Origin: Macrostomum lignano
Lineage: Eukaryota
DNA length: 64,000 nt
Direction of reading: 5' to 3'
Assembly: GCA_002269645.1 (NCBI GenBank)
Contig: NIVC01000004.1
Location: 310,001-374,000 of the forward strand
Shown here in pieces: positions 1 to 25,408 of this stretch (within the stretch, counting starts at the first letter, position 1; each line of letters opens with the position of its first letter). The translations under genes were made by a program, and so were the position numbers. A model generated the notes under the pieces. The model made no database searches and was not told the DNA's origin. It was given only the letters and a program-made list of their open reading frames with translations.

Positions 1-330
1 GCGCCGCCGGCGTCTCAGCATCCGCCCCCAACGCATCCGCCCCCGGCGAGTCGACCACAGGCTTCCAATCCGCCGCCAGATTTTCAATCGCGGCCCGCTG
101 ACGCCCCCGTGGCTGCCGCCGCCGCCACCGCCGCCCCTGCTGCCCCTGCTGCCGCCCCTGCTGCCGCCACCGCTGCCCCTGCTGCCGCCACGGCCCAGGC
201 TGGCAATCCGGGCGGCCTACCGGACTCGGAGAAGGAGCTGGCCGAGATGGAGACCTGGATGGGGCAGGGCGGCGGCGGCCTGTTCCCTGCTGGCGGCAGC
301 TCGGACTCGCCCGCTGTCAGCGGCAAATAG
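1..330 (+). CDS. 3' end of an upstream gene; Pro/Ala-rich low-complexity C-terminus (partial, product unknown)
   Basis: Frame 1 is open from base 1 (APPASQHPPPTHPPP...DSEKELAEMETWMGQGGGGLFPAGGSSDSPAVSGK) to TAG at 328-330. GC-rich codon usage is like the other exons and AT-rich sequence follows. Confidence 0.55.
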   Translation, partial: APPASQHPPPTHPPPASRPQASNPPPDFQSRPADAPVAAAAATAAPAAPAAAPAAATAAPAAATAQAGNPGGLPDSEKELAEMETWMGQGGGGLFPAGGSSDSPAVSGK

Positions 331-1402
331 GGGCCTCTGACCGATGCGAATTCCAAGTTATTCACCCGCTATTGGCTATTTGCACAGGCCACTGCCAAGG
401 GGAGCCTGGACTGGCTTAGTGTGCTAAAGGACTTCTATTAGGGCGACTGGATTAGAAATTGAAATGAAAAAGCATAAAATCAATGACAAAAAAGTAATTA
501 TGTTGTTTGCTACACAGGTATCTTTTGATGAGAAATTCTTTTCTAATCTTTTTTGAGTTTTTTAAGCGATTTGGCGTTCGTTCCCTGTTCTCATTTAGAA
601 GTCCATGAGTGGGCAACTCCACAAGCACCGGCCCGCCCCCACACACAGTGCCCTCTTGCCTGCTGCAGATGCCAATGTTTGTGTATCTGTTTGAATTGCT
701 CGAACACTTTCTCCCGCCGATCCGGACTGCACGCTTTGCAACTCTGATAGAGAGAGCCTTCCGCATGACACCGCCGTGTTTTAAACGGCTTTCGCTATTC
801 AGCCTACTGCCAGTAGCCCCAATTGTATCTCTGCTATGATAGCTTACATGTATATTTATTTAACATTATTAATCATTGGATATAAACTGCATATGCTTTT
901 TGGTAAAAAATATACACAGTAAGATTTTATAGTTATGACAATCTGCACGCAATAATGATGAATATCGCCGATTCCCATCTGCCCTCTCCGCCCCTCCCAG
1001 TCACGGCCTTCAGCTGCTCATTTTTGCGCTTCAATCGGCCCCGGTTAAGCAATTATCGCCACATTCAATTTTTTAGTCTCGCCGGGCCGTCTGGCTCTGC
1101 GACCAGAGGTCTGATGCGGCTTCTGAGTCTGTATTAATTTCATTATTGCAGTAGTTCGCTGCTTGTCACTTTCCTGGGCGTCATTAATAGAATCACTTTA
1201 TTATGCTTATCAGTTTAAAATACACAAATACACTCATTCGCTCTATACTGGTCTGCAGAAGTTCTCTATTTGAATTAATATACTTTAAAATAATGCTCAG
1301 GTCATTTTAAAACTCCCAGCTTTCTACTGAAAGTAGTGCAAGAGTCTGCAGTAAATTTCAATTGATTTGAAGACCAAACCGGTTCCAGATCGCAGCTCCA
1401 CA

Positions 1403-13705
<12,303 letters not shown>

Positions 13706-13823
13706 CCGGTCGCTGCCGCCCCCAGCTGTACTCATTTGCTGTTGCAAAAGTCTATAATCCAAGATATTTAGTTTTTTTGTTCCCGTCCACCCACTTAATT
13801 AAGTGGTCCTTGCAAACTCCTAA

Positions 13824-14100
13824 CGGTCGTAGCCCAGTGGTCTGGCGCGGCGCTCTGGTGTGCCAGCGGCCCCGGCTCGATTCCAGGTGCAGTCACATTA
13901 ATTTGGGGCTGAATTGGAATCCCGGCTTGGCTCTGCTCGTGCATACTGCGTACGTATCAGCGCACTTGTGTGCCTGCCTGCCCAGGAGAGTCGGCGGAAT
14001 GCGCAGTAATGCCTCTCGCCGGTTGTGCGACACTGTCGCTTAAAATGCGCCAGGGTGCAGACAGACGCCTGCCCCCTGAAGCGTCTCGTAAAATATTAAG
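13824..14100 (+). mobile_element. Putative second tRNA-derived SINE
   Basis: Pol III A box TAGCCCAGTGG (13830-13840) and B-box-like GGCTCGATTCC (about 13874-13884) at tRNA spacing, followed by a GC-rich body of about 200 bp in an AT-rich 3' region. No clean cloverleaf. Confidence 0.5.
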
Positions 14101-14959
14101 TGGTTTTTCTTTCTAATTGCAATGCATATTTGCATATTTTTTTCGTTGCTTTTTTGACACAGTTTTCTGATCGGCAGTTCTGAAGTGGAAAAATAGTTGA
14201 AAACTTATCAACTTAGAAAACGAACTCTGCCGGGTCAGTTTATATTGGCAGTGTTGGAATTTGGCTTTGTGTTGAACATTGTATGATATAAAAGAAAGAT
14301 TTTAATCAACCTCTTCGTTTTTCTTTACTTTTTCTTCATGCCTCAGTTTTCGCGGCAAGTTGGGCTGTGAAACCGGGTTTTCAATCACTGCAGTTGAAAA
14401 TTTTAATAAACTGTTTAACCTGTTTCCGTCCAGGCAAAAACCGAATTTCTTCTTGCACTTTTTACTTACCGATTATTTTTTATTTGCTATTTGTTTCAAC
14501 ATGTTGCAATTATTTCGGTCACAATGCGCAGGTGTGTTGGGATTCGAGCATGTCAATGTTCAAAGGATATACCAATTGACGACCTTTAATAGCTTATTCT
14601 CTGCTAATTTCTAATCCCTATAGTGACAGTTTCACTCAGACATCCAGAATTCCATATGACAGGTGGAAACTATTGGTTTTTGTTCCCTTATCTTGACAGC
14701 AATTCTCACCTTGCTTGCTTGGCGTGCCTAAAATGCTAGGCTGAAGCGAGGCTTGGCCATAGACTATTACGCATTTTTGCTATTGAGTCTCAGATGGCTA
14801 GGAAAAAGTCTCACTTAGCATACAAAAACCAATGCTGGGCTTCAACATTAGACGGAGATGATTAGAGGGGACAACTTTACGCCAAAGACAATATTGTACG
14901 AGCGTTTTGATATTTGTGTCCTGAGCTGGCAGTCCTGGTAACTGTGAGGCAGCTTGTTA

Positions 14960-16320
14960 CTTCAGGTGTCCCAAATTTATTTAGATTACTGCTGCTATTT
15001 GAAGAGTGAACTATAGCTACAGCTGTCAGCGCACCACATGCTACCATAAACAGTACCGAAGACGCACAAGAGATTTAAGTATCACTGCACCCTCTCTTGC
15101 GCATCACTGATAGATTTTTATAGCTCAGTTTTGCCTACTGCAACGCCAGTGCAAAAACGAATGGAGCCAAGCAAAGAAAACTTTGGATTTTACGCATGGA
15201 CGCGGCAGCAGCTTGGAATCAGTGCTCAACAGTGCTTTGAAGAGTTGTCTTCCGTGTATGGCAGTGGAGCTCCATGCCATGCAACTGTATTTAATTATTT
15301 CAAGGCAGCCACCGCTGATGCCAAGACCGGCCCCACTAAAAGAGCAGGCGACTGCCCGAGTTCCAGCGGTGCCGGGAGACCTCGATCAACTCGAACACCA
15401 GAGCTGATCAGCGATGCGCGTGTTCTGATTGAAGACGATCCAAAAGTGTCAGTACGGACCCTTGCTGACTGGCTGGAGGTTGACAAGTCAACAGTGCATC
15501 GAATTTTGAGAGAAGACCTGGAGCTGCGTTGCGTCACATCGGTATGGGTGCCCTATCACCTCACCGAGGCCAACAAACAGGCTAGGGTGGCATGTGCCAG
15601 AAACCTCCGCAGCGTGTTTCAGAGTGAAGGAATCAACAACATCATGGACAAGTTGGTCACCCAAGATGAGTCCTGGATCTTCTTTGAAGGCCAGCCCTGC
15701 AAAATGAGCAACAGATGCTGGCTGTCGAAGGGGGAGCCCAGGCCCCAGGTGGTGAGAAGATACATGACAAACAAGAAGACTCTGCTTGTTGCAGTCTTCA
15801 CCCCCAGCAAAAGGTTTTCATTTGAAACAACCAAACCAGGACAGTCAGTGGATGCGGAGTTCATTGTCAACTTCGTTCAGCGAACCGGGAATCTCTGGCG
15901 ATCTTTAAGAAGTCAACCGATTCATCTTGATCAGGTGATCTGGCAGTGGGACAACGCCCGGCCTCACACAGCTGCAGCAACTCAACATTTCATGGAGAAA
16001 CGAGGCATCCGATTGCTGCACCAGGCACCGTACAGTCCAGATTTTAATCTTTGTGACCGTTTTTTGTTTTCTTGGCTGAAGTGAGACTTCGAGCATCGCC
16101 AGTTTGGGAACCATGTTGAAGTGCAAGAGGCGACGTTGCAGTGGGCAAGGGGTCTGGAGATTGAGAGCCTGCAGCAGGAGTTGCATCGACTTTGGGATCA
16201 CTGCGACGCTGTTATTCAATGCCAAGGAGATTACGTCACTGACTGATGGTTTGTTTTGTTGCTGCAGTTGATATTGTTAAATTTAGCGAGAAGTCTAAAT
16301 AAATTTGGGACAAATTCACC
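14960..16320 (+). mobile_element. Tc1/mariner DNA transposon (mariner, DD34D), about 1.36 kb
   Basis: A 19-bp inverted repeat TGTCCCAAATTTATTTAGA at 14967-14985 and 16294-16312 flanks a transposase ORF. Confidence 0.9.
15161..16246 (+). pseudogene. Mariner transposase with one premature TGA (16082-16084)
   Basis: N-terminal HTH region, VTQDESW, WDNARPHTA and APYSPDFNLCD, with 34 residues between the second and third Asp. The frame continues past the TGA to a typical ...QGDYVTD* end at 16246. Confidence 0.88.
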
Positions 16321-17225
16321 GATTGTGTCTACTGACTGAATGCTGCATGCAGAAAAGGATTATTCCATTTCAGTTTTGGGAACGCAGCCGTCTCTGCGAT
16401 GCCGATCGGGTGCTTTTTTTGAAGGTCCTGACGGTCGCCGCCGATGCTCCAGACGGTGATGAAGGGTACCCTAGTTCCTGGGATGCTGAGAACAAAGGCC
16501 TTTACGACTGATATGCATAGTTTCCTGAGCCGACGTGGTTTCATGATGAGATTTTGTGAACAGAAAAAATTTGCCTATGTTGGTGGTTTTTGCCACCGGA
16601 CACCCCGAAGAGAATCGTTGAATATCTTGACGATGCCGATTTTTCGTGATTCTCGGAGTTGCTTCATCGAATAGAGCGGAAATTTTAGCCCCTGTTTTGG
16701 ATTTTGATAGCAATTGGTTGAATATTTTCGGAGATCCAGACAAAAGAAAATGTGTGTATTTGAAATACACCCCCATGGTCTTTCTACTGTTAAGGGACCA
16801 GAAATTTCATTCTCGAAAAATGCCATTGTAGATCAGATGGTGGCATTTGAAATGATGGTGCATCTAACTGTAAGCTTAGCATTCTCTTACTCAGCTTGGG
16901 GAAGAGGTCAAATTCGCAGGGATTGTGTGGCAATACTTTTCAGCTATACAATTTATCCAGCAGCTCCTTCACAGTCCTTGTGAGGACTCGCATTGTCATG
17001 AAGCTCTGCGAATGTGCTTCATGCACAGAACTTACAGGCTTCATCTGCGCACCTCTGAAGCGGATATACCATTTGTAAACCGCTCGCTCAGCTGAAGCCT
17101 TGCTGTCGGAAGGCTTCCAAAACTTGTCAGTGAACTCGTCACATGACAAATGAAAGATGCACTGAGATTTTGTCTCAGATACATGCAATGCTTGGTATAA
17201 TGTATTAGTCACGCAACTTTGGCAT

Positions 17226-18033
17226 CAGGGGCGTCGCCATGGATTTTATGGTGGGGGGACGAAGCCAAGAGTTTAAATTTTTATATTTCCATTATTTTTA
17301 GAATCGTGTTGTCAGCACTCCTTTTGGCGCCGCAGGCACTTATTTTGGCGCCGCAGGCACTCCTTTTGGCGCCGCAGGCACTCATTTTGGCGCCGCAGGC
17401 ACTCATTTTGGCGCCGCAGGCATTCCTTTCAGCGCCGCAGGCACTCATTTTGGCGCCGTAGGCATTCCTTTCAGCGCCGCAGGCACTCATTTTAGCGCCG
17501 CAGGAACTCCTTATGGCGCCGCAGGCACTCATTTTGGCGCCGCAGGCACTCATTTTAGCGCCGCAGGCACTCATTTTAGCGCCGCAGGCACTTCTTTTGG
17601 CGCCGCGGGCACTCAGTTTTGCGCCGCAGGCACTCCTTTTGGCGCCGCACGCATTCCTTTTAGCGCCGCAGGCACTCATTTTAGCGCCGCAGGCACTCAT
17701 TTTAGCGCCGCAGGCACTCATTTTGGCGCCGCAGGCGCTCATTTTAGCGCCGCAGGCACTCATTTTGGCGCCGCAGGCACTCATTTTGGCGCCGCAGGCA
17801 CTCATTTTGGCGCCACAGGCACTCATTTTGGCGCCACAGGCACTCATTTTGGCGCCACAGGCACTCATTTTGGCGCCGAAGGCGCTATATTTTGGCGCCA
17901 TGAAGAAAAATTGTTGATTACCATAAGTCACAAGGTGGGGCGGGAGGGACAAAGCATTTGCATGTCCCCCCATAGCTTTTTCTGGGGGGGGGGGACATGT
18001 CCCCCTCTGTCCCCCCCGGTGGCGACGCGCCTG
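17226..18033. mobile_element. Non-autonomous hAT-like element (MITE) carrying an internal 21-bp minisatellite
   Basis: Left end CAGGGGCGTCGCCA; right end TGGCGACGCGCCTG (13/14 inverted match). About 27 copies of GGCGCCGCAGGCACTCATTTT at about 17324-17900. A related left end occurs at 38886. No clear TSD. Confidence 0.7.
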
Positions 18034-18359
18034 CAGAAAGTTGGTTTGAGCTGGTACTGCGCAGGTGGTGAGGCAATTTTAATTAGCCTTGGCTCACACA
18101 GGCTGTGCGCCAGCTATTGGATCGCGTATTTAAACAGGTGGCTACTTCTTGAATTTGAATATTTCATAAACTGATTTGAAGCCAGCTAGCCAGCCTTCAG
18201 ACAGCCTTCAGTCGGTGTTAAAGGTCAGTTCACTGAATCTGGATTCCTGTGCCATTAATCTAGAATTATATCTTTCCTCAATTCTCAGGTTTATCTGCCG
18301 GCATTGTATTGGAGAAAGTGCACTAAACGAGACAGTAGAATCAGGTGCAAGTTACAGAT

Positions 18360-18491
18360 TTAGATTCTCCTATAATGCTTTACAGAGTGCCAATGCCAAT
18401 AGTATCGCTTCATGCTTTGCACGGTATTAGATTCTCCTAATGCTTTACAGAGTGCCAATGCCAATAGTATCGCTTCATGCTTTGCACGGTA
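18360..18491. repeat. Tandem duplication of about 66 bp
   Basis: TTAGATTCTCCT..GCTTTGCACGGTA occurs at 18360-18426 and 18427-18491. Confidence 0.9.
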
Positions 18492-18645
18492 TGCACTCTG
18501 ACGGTTCTGATGGCAAAGCCTACAAGGGCGCTGTACAAAAACTTGCGCCACTGTGTTGAGTCATGTTTCTCGGGCTTTGTTCGAAAAAACCGTTCGTGAT
18601 GTGGTCTTGATATTTTAATTAATTCCAGTTCGTTCAATCTCCCAC

Positions 18646-20955
18646 AGTGCAATCTCCCTCAGTGCAATCTCCCTCAGTGGAATCTCCCTAAGTGGAATCT
18701 CCCTCTGCAATCTCCCTCAGTGCAATCTCCCTCAGTGCAATCTCCCTCAGTGCAATCTCCCTCAGTGCAATCTCCCTCAGTGGAATCTCCCTCAGTGCAA
18801 TCTCCCTCAGTGCAATCTCCCTCAGTGCAATCTCCCTCAGTGCAATCTCCCTCAGTGCAATCTCCCTCAGTGCAATCTCCCTCAGTGCAATCTCCCTCAG
18901 TGCAATCTCCCTCAGTGCAATCTCCATCAGTGCAATCTCCCTCAGTGCAATCTCCCTCAGTGGAATCTCCCTCAGTGCAATCTCCATCAGTGCAATCTCC
19001 CTCAATGCAATCTCCCTCAGTGCAATCTCCCTCAGTGCAATCTCCCTCAGTGCAATCTCCCTAAGTGGAATCTCCCTCAGTGGAATCTCCCTCAGTGCAA
19101 TCTCCCTAAGTGGAATCTCCCTCAGTGCAATCTCCATCAGTGCAATCTCCCTCTGCAATCTCCCTCTCCAATCTCCCTCAGTGCAATCTCCCTCTGCAAT
19201 CTCCCTCTGCAATCTCCCTCTGCAATCTCCCTCTGCAATCTCCCTCTGCAATCTCCCTCTGCAATCTCCCTCTCCAATCTCCCTCAGTGCAATCTCCCTC
19301 TGCAATCTCCCTCTGCAATCTCCCTCTGTAATCTCCCTCTGCAATCTCCCTCTGCAATCTCCCTCTGCAATCTCCCTCAGTGCAATCTCCCTCAGTGCAA
19401 TCTCCCTCAGTGGAATCTCCCCAGTGGAATCTCCCTCAGTGGAATCTCCCTCTGCAATCTCCCTCAGTGCAATCTCCCTCTGCAATCTCCCTCAGTGGAA
19501 TCTCCCTCAGTGCAATCTCCCTCTGCAATCTCCCTCTGCAATCTCCCTCTGCAATCTCCCTCAGTGCAATCTCCCTAAGTGGAATCTCCCTCAGTGCAAT
19601 CTCCCTAAGTGGAATCTCCCTAAGTGGAATCTCCCTCAGTGCAATCTCCCTCTGCAATCTCCCTCAGTGCAATCTCCCTCAGTGCAATCTCCCTCAGTGC
19701 AATCTCCCTCAGTGCAATCTCCCTCAGTGGAATCTCCCTCAGTGCAATCTCCCTCAGTGCAATCTCCCTAAGTGGAATCTCCCTCAGTGCAATCTCCCTA
19801 AGTGGAATCTCCCTCAGTGGAATCTCCCTCAGTGCAATCTCCCTCTGCAATCTCCCTCAGTGCAATCTCCCTAAGTGGAATCTCCCTCAGTGGAATCTCC
19901 CTCAGTGCAATCTCCCCAGTGTAATCTCCCTCAGTGGAATCTCCCTAAGTGGAATCTCCCTCAGTGCAATCTCCATCAGTGCAATCTCCCTCTGCAATCT
20001 CCCTCTGCAATCTCCCTCTGCAATCTCCCTCAGTGCAATCTCCCTCAGTGCAATCTCCCTCAGTGCAATCTCCATCAGTGCAATCTCCCTCAGTGCAATC
20101 TCCCTCAGTGGAATCTCCCTCAGTGCAATCTCCCTCAGTGCAATCTCCCTCAGTGGAATCTCCCTCTGCAATCTCCCTCAGTGCAATCTCCCTCTGCAAT
20201 CTCCCTCAGTGGAATCTCCCTCAGTGCAATCTCCCTCAGTGCAATCTCCCTCAGTGCAATCTCCCTCAGTGCAATCTCCCTCTGCAATCTCCCTCAATGC
20301 AATCTCCCTCTGCAATCTCCCTCTGCAATCTCTCTCAGTGGAATCTTCCTCTGCAATCTCCCTCTGCAATCTCCCTCTGCAATCTCCCTCAATGCAATCT
20401 TCCTCTGCAATCTCTCTCAGTGGAATCTCCCTCAGTGCAATCTCCCTCAATGCAATCTCCCTCTGCAATCTCTCTCAGTGGAATCTTCCTCTGCAATCTC
20501 CCTCTGCAATCTCCCTCTGCAATCTCCCTCAATGCAATCTTCCTCTGCAATCTCTCTCAGTGGAATCTCCCTCAGTGCAATCTCCCTCAATGCAATCTCC
20601 CTCTGCAATCTCCCTCAGTGGAATCTCCCTCTGCAATCTCCCTCAGTGCAATCTCCCTCTGCAATCTCCCTCAGTGCAATCTCCCTCAGTGCAATCTCCC
20701 TCAGTGCAATCTCCCTCAGTGCAATCTCCCTCAGTGCAATCTCCCTCTGCAATCTCCCTCAGTGCAATCTCCCTCAGTGCAATCTCCCTCTGCAATCTCC
20801 CTCAGTGGAATCTCCCTCTGCAATCTCCCTCAGTGCAATCTCCCTCAGTGCAATCTCCCTCAGTGCAATCTCCCTCAGTGCAATCTCCCTCTGCAATCTC
20901 CCTCTGCAATCTCCCTCAGTGCAATCTCCCTCTGCAATCTCCCTCTGCAATCTCG
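18646..20955. repeat. 15-bp satellite (AGTGCAATCTCCCTC, with 13-bp variant TGCAATCTCCCTC)
   Basis: About 2.3 kb of tandem copies; source of the SAISL, QSPSV and REIAL pseudo-ORFs. Confidence 0.97.
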
Positions 20956-23900
20956 AGGCTGAATGGTGACCTTATGCCTTTGGCTCAGGAGAAGGGTGGC
21001 TGGGATCGAGTCCGTGAGGATGTTGAGCCCGCCACACTCCTCGAGAGCCTTGAAGCAGAGGTCAGAGTGCGGGATAAGCGACCGCTTCTTAAAGGCCCGC
21101 ACTTTCTTGAAGGCCACCCAGCATCTAGAAGACGCTGGGTGCTCTTCGCCGCCTCTCCTTTGATATAAATATCCAGAGGAGGGGCACAGAGGAAGGCATT
21201 CATGCCTTCAAAAGGAGTAGAGGGTGGAGCGCCCATAGTCATTTGGCAGGCTCTGCCCTGGATTTTGTAGAGAGCGTCGAGGTTGCTCTTGACGCCCAGA
21301 CCGCTAGCCCACACGAGGCTGGCGTAACTGATCGAGGGGCGGATGATGGCAGTGTAAATCCACCACAGCTTCCTGGGGGTGAGCCCCCAGGTGGTGCCCA
21401 CGGCGCGCCTGATCTGGGCCAGGACAGCCAGGGCTTTTTTTAGCTTTAGTTTCGATGTGCGGAGTCCAGTTAAGCATGTGGTCCGGAGTGAGGCCCAGCC
21501 AGTGGACCTGCTTCTCCATGGAAATATTCTTTCTATAGAGGGTGAGGGGCTTAATGGTCCAGAGCAGTTTGTTGGTAAACATGACCGCTGTGGTTTTAGA
21601 CTCTGAGAGTCTAAGGCCACATTGGTTTGCCCAACGCTACGCTCGTCCCAGAAAGCCCTGCAGAAGGTCTCTGATGGTGTCAACCGAGGGGCCCGCGCAG
21701 ATCGCGGTCACATCATCGGCATAGCCCACCTTGAGAATGGGGTCGTGGAGATCACTGCAAAGCAACTCATCCATGACCATGTTCCAGAGAACAGGGGTGA
21801 GAACTGCGCCCTGGGGGCCCCCTTTCTGGACAGGCGCTCTTAGAGAGCTGCCGTTCAGGTGGGCCACAACAGTGCTGTTCCGGATCATGAACATGATCCA
21901 CCGGACAAGGTGAGGGTGCGTGGTCCTGGATTCCAGGGCTCTGCAAAAGGCCTCGAAGATGACGTTGTCGAAGGCCCCCTCAATGTCCAGGAAAAGCGAG
22001 AGGGCAAAGCCGCTGCCAAGAACGGCCCTCTCCAGGAAGTCAACAATGACATGGAGGGCACTCTCGGTAGACCTGCCCGCGCGGAAGGCGTGCTGGTTCT
22101 GCGAGAGTGGGAAGCGCTTCAGCTCGACTGAAAGTAGGCGCCAGAGCACCAGTCTCTCGAGGAGCTTGAGGCAGAAAGAAGTGAGGCTGATAGGCCTGAA
22201 GGCCTTCACCGATTGGTAGTCGCTCTTTCCAGGCTTGGGGATAAAGACCACCCGGGCCTCTCTCCACGCAACTGGTACATAGCCCAGTTCCACACAAGCT
22301 CGAAGGAGACGACAGAGGAGGTCCAGGAAGCGGTGGTTTTTCACCGCCTCGTGCAAGAACGCTGGGTAGATGCTGTCGGGCCCAGGCGCCTTGAACGGGT
22401 TAAAGGACCTTGCCGCTCTAATAATGCGGTCTTTGGTGATCATAGACTTCGCTAGGCCTTGCCCTCCCACGGTGTGGTCAGGCGGGCCCTGCTGAGTCGG
22501 AGATTTAGGGAAGAAACTGTTTAGCATTAGCTCTAGAGTCTCTTCCGAGCTCTCTGTGACCGAGCCATCAGGTCTCTTCACAACAGAGAGTTTAGAAAAT
22601 GGTAATTCGTGAGTGCCTTAACCACGCGGGCTACGGGGCGAGAGCCCTCAAGCCCTTCGCAATATTGGCGCCACTTGGCCGTCTTGGCCCTTCTGACTTG
22701 GCCCTTAAACTCGTGGATCGCACGGGTATAGGCCTCTCTATCAGATGGGTCTTTGGTTTTGAGCGCTCGTCTTTGAAGGGTCCTGGCTAAGCGCCGAAGG
22801 GCTCCGAGCTCTGGGTTCCACCAGGGAGAAGATTTCTTGCCTTTGTAGGCTTTTAGAGGGCAGGCTGCTTCAAAGGCAGCGGTGATCGCCCCGCCCAGGA
22901 AGGAGGCGAGATTATCCACCACCCGGCAGTCAGAGAGGTCACTGGGGGGGGTCAAGATCCCGAAGGCCACGGCTCAGCTTCGAGCCAAAGGCGGCCCAAT
23001 CGGTATTCCTGACGTTCCGACTCCAAGTGACTTTAGGCTTTTGCTTGGTCGGCCCAATGCAAAAGCGGATAAAGCGGTGGTCCGAGAGCGAGTCCTCGTC
23101 CCACACTCGCCAGCCCGTAACTGCGGAAAGCAGTCCGGGTGAGGCGATGGTGGTGTCGATGACTTCGGCCCACCGCCCATTATTGAACGTTGGTGCATTG
23201 CCCACGTTACAGAAGTTGAGGTTAGTGCTGCTGACGTAGGCCAGCAGCTCCTCGCCTCTGTTATTGGTGTTCTTGCTGCCCCAATGCAGGTGGTGTGCGT
23301 TCACATCCCCTGCAATGAGCAGCTCGAACTGACGGGACGCGGCGTAGTCAATGAGGTTGACTAGCCCGCGTCGAAGACTACTGCGGCATCGCATGGGAAA
23401 TAGGCAGATGCTGCCAGCACAGGTTTATTGGGAATGAGGTTATTGATTTGAACAACACAGATGTCCCCAGTCGAGAGATCAGGTCTCATCCATGCCTCAA
23501 AGCCTTTGCAGCAAAGACCAGAGATCTTGGGCGAGAGTGAGAACCCGCCATGCAAAAACAGTGGTAGCCAGATGGCACATTATTTGGCTTACTTTTAGTC
23601 ATCCAGGGCTCCTGCACGAAGACCAGGCCCGGAAGCTGTTGCTCTGTCGTGCGCATCAGGTTGACTGACGCCGCCACGCAGTGCTGGGTGTTGATCTGCA
23701 GACACCAGGTAGCCGCTGGCATCAGTGCAGATCGGGTGTTGCAGCCCTCCTCCTCCTCCTCGGCGCTCACCAGCTTCGGGTCGGGGTCGCCGGTGTCCAT
23801 GGGCTCCTCTTCAGCAAAAGGCCCCCGATTGGTCGGAAGGCAATAGGCAGCGTTCGCCGCCCTTCGCCCAGCGGCCACGGGGTCCTCCGTGCGCCGGCTG

Positions 23901-23992
23901 TTCCTCTCCTGCCTGCGGTCTTTCGGCCACCTGAGTTGTTGCAGGCACAAGAGCAACGCCATCGGAATTGGACGCAGCAACCGCTTCTCCAC
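20955..23992 (-). mobile_element. Degenerate non-LTR retrotransposon (R1/LOA-type; APE endonuclease + reverse transcriptase), frameshifted and truncated at both ends
   Basis: APE: LQINTQH..FVQEPW, GDVNAHHLHWGS, VIDTTIAS, LSDHRFI. RT: KAPGPDSI, WREARVVFIPKPGK..FRPISLTS, GGPQGAVLTPVLWN, GYADD (21712-21723). Downstream: WIYTAIIRPSISYASLVW and RACQMTMGAPPSTP. The motifs are spread over several frames. Confidence 0.92.
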
Positions 23993-24638
23993 GGGGCAAC
24001 AGTCGATACGTTGCGCTTTTTGCGCTAGATATTTCGAGCGTGCAGCAATGCATCATTGTTCCCTTTAAAACAACAACAACAACAGCAACAACAACAATTT
24101 CAACACTTGAAATTCATTTTACACGCACGATACCCTGGTATCTGTCTGGCCATAGATATAAGAGCGCAAACACTGTATAGACTTCAGCCCAACTTACGTC
24201 TTAGCCAAGCACTAACCATATTGTCCATACTTGCGTATTATTGTCCATACTCAAACGCATTATATTAACGAGTTTACTAAAAACCAGATTCAGTAAAACA
24301 GGAATTAAAAACTACTGTTGAGAAACATTACCGCTTGGGGGAGATGTCCAAAGCAATCGTTTGTCTCGAAGAATTTGTCTGTCACACATCTGCCTTACTC
24401 AAACAGTGTTCATCAAATCGTTGCTTCCATCAATGCTAGCACGCATCTTTTTGGTCGGACAGGTTTCGATGTGGACTGGCCGAGGAACCGGCAGTGATAG
24501 CGGGAAGACATTGCAAAGATAGGCACCTCATTGGACGGCATTGTGCTTGTGCTTGGAATATTCGTTAAGTTTTCGTTAAGTGAAGTGGCGCTCGCGTGCT
24601 TTACCCGATATCATGCATCCCGACTGTGGAAAAATATA

Positions 24639-25408
24639 TCAGTCAGTCAGTCAGTCAGTCAGTCAGTCAGTCAGTCAGTCAGTCAGTCAGTCAGTCAGTC
24701 AGTCAGTCAGTCAGTCAGTCAGTCAGTCAGTCAGTCAGTCAGTCAGTCAGTCAGTCAGTCAGTCAGTCAGTCAGTCAGTCAGTCAGTCAGTCAGTCAGTC
24801 AGTCAGTCAGTCAGTCAGTCAGTCAGTCAGTCAGTCAGTCAGTCAGTCAGTCAGTCAGTCAGTCAGTCAGTCAGTCAGTCAGTCAGTCAGTCAGTCAGTC
24901 AGTCAGTCAGTCAGTCAGTCAGTCAGTCAGTCAGTCAGTCAGTCAGTCAGTCAGTCAGTCAGTCAGTCAGTCAGTCAGTCAGTCAGTCAGTCAGTCAGTC
25001 AGTCAGTCAGTCAGTCAGTCAGTCAGTCAGTCAGTCAGTCAGTCAGTCAGTCAGTCAGTCAGTCAGTCAGTCAGTCAGTCAGTCAGTCAGTCAGTCAGTC
25101 AGTCAGTCAGTCAGTCAGTCAGTCAGTCAGTCAGTCAGTCAGTCAGTCAGTCAGTCAGTCAGTCAGTCAGTCAGTCAGTCAGTCAGTCAGTCAGTCAGTC
25201 AGTCAGTCAGTCAGTCAGTCAGTCAGTCAGTCAGTCAGTCAGTCAGTCAGTCAGTCAGTCAGTCAGTCAGTCAGTCAGTCAGTCAGTCAGTCAGTCAGTC
25301 AGTCAGTCAGTCAGTCAGTCAGTCAGTCAGTCAGTCAGTCAGTCAGTCAGTCAGTCAGTCAGTCAGTCAGTCAGTCAGTCAGTCAGTCAGTCAGTCAGTC
25401 AGTCAGTC
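24639..25408. repeat. (TCAG)n microsatellite, about 770 bp
   Basis: About 192 perfect units; open in all three plus frames, giving the SQSV pseudo-ORFs. Confidence 0.99.

Noticed and set aside
452-839. Short ORFs between the upstream gene and TBC1D32
   Set aside because: No recognisable motifs or consistent splice structure.
18688-21168. SAISL / QSPSV / REIAL ORFs
   Set aside because: Products of the 15-bp satellite; no coding complexity.
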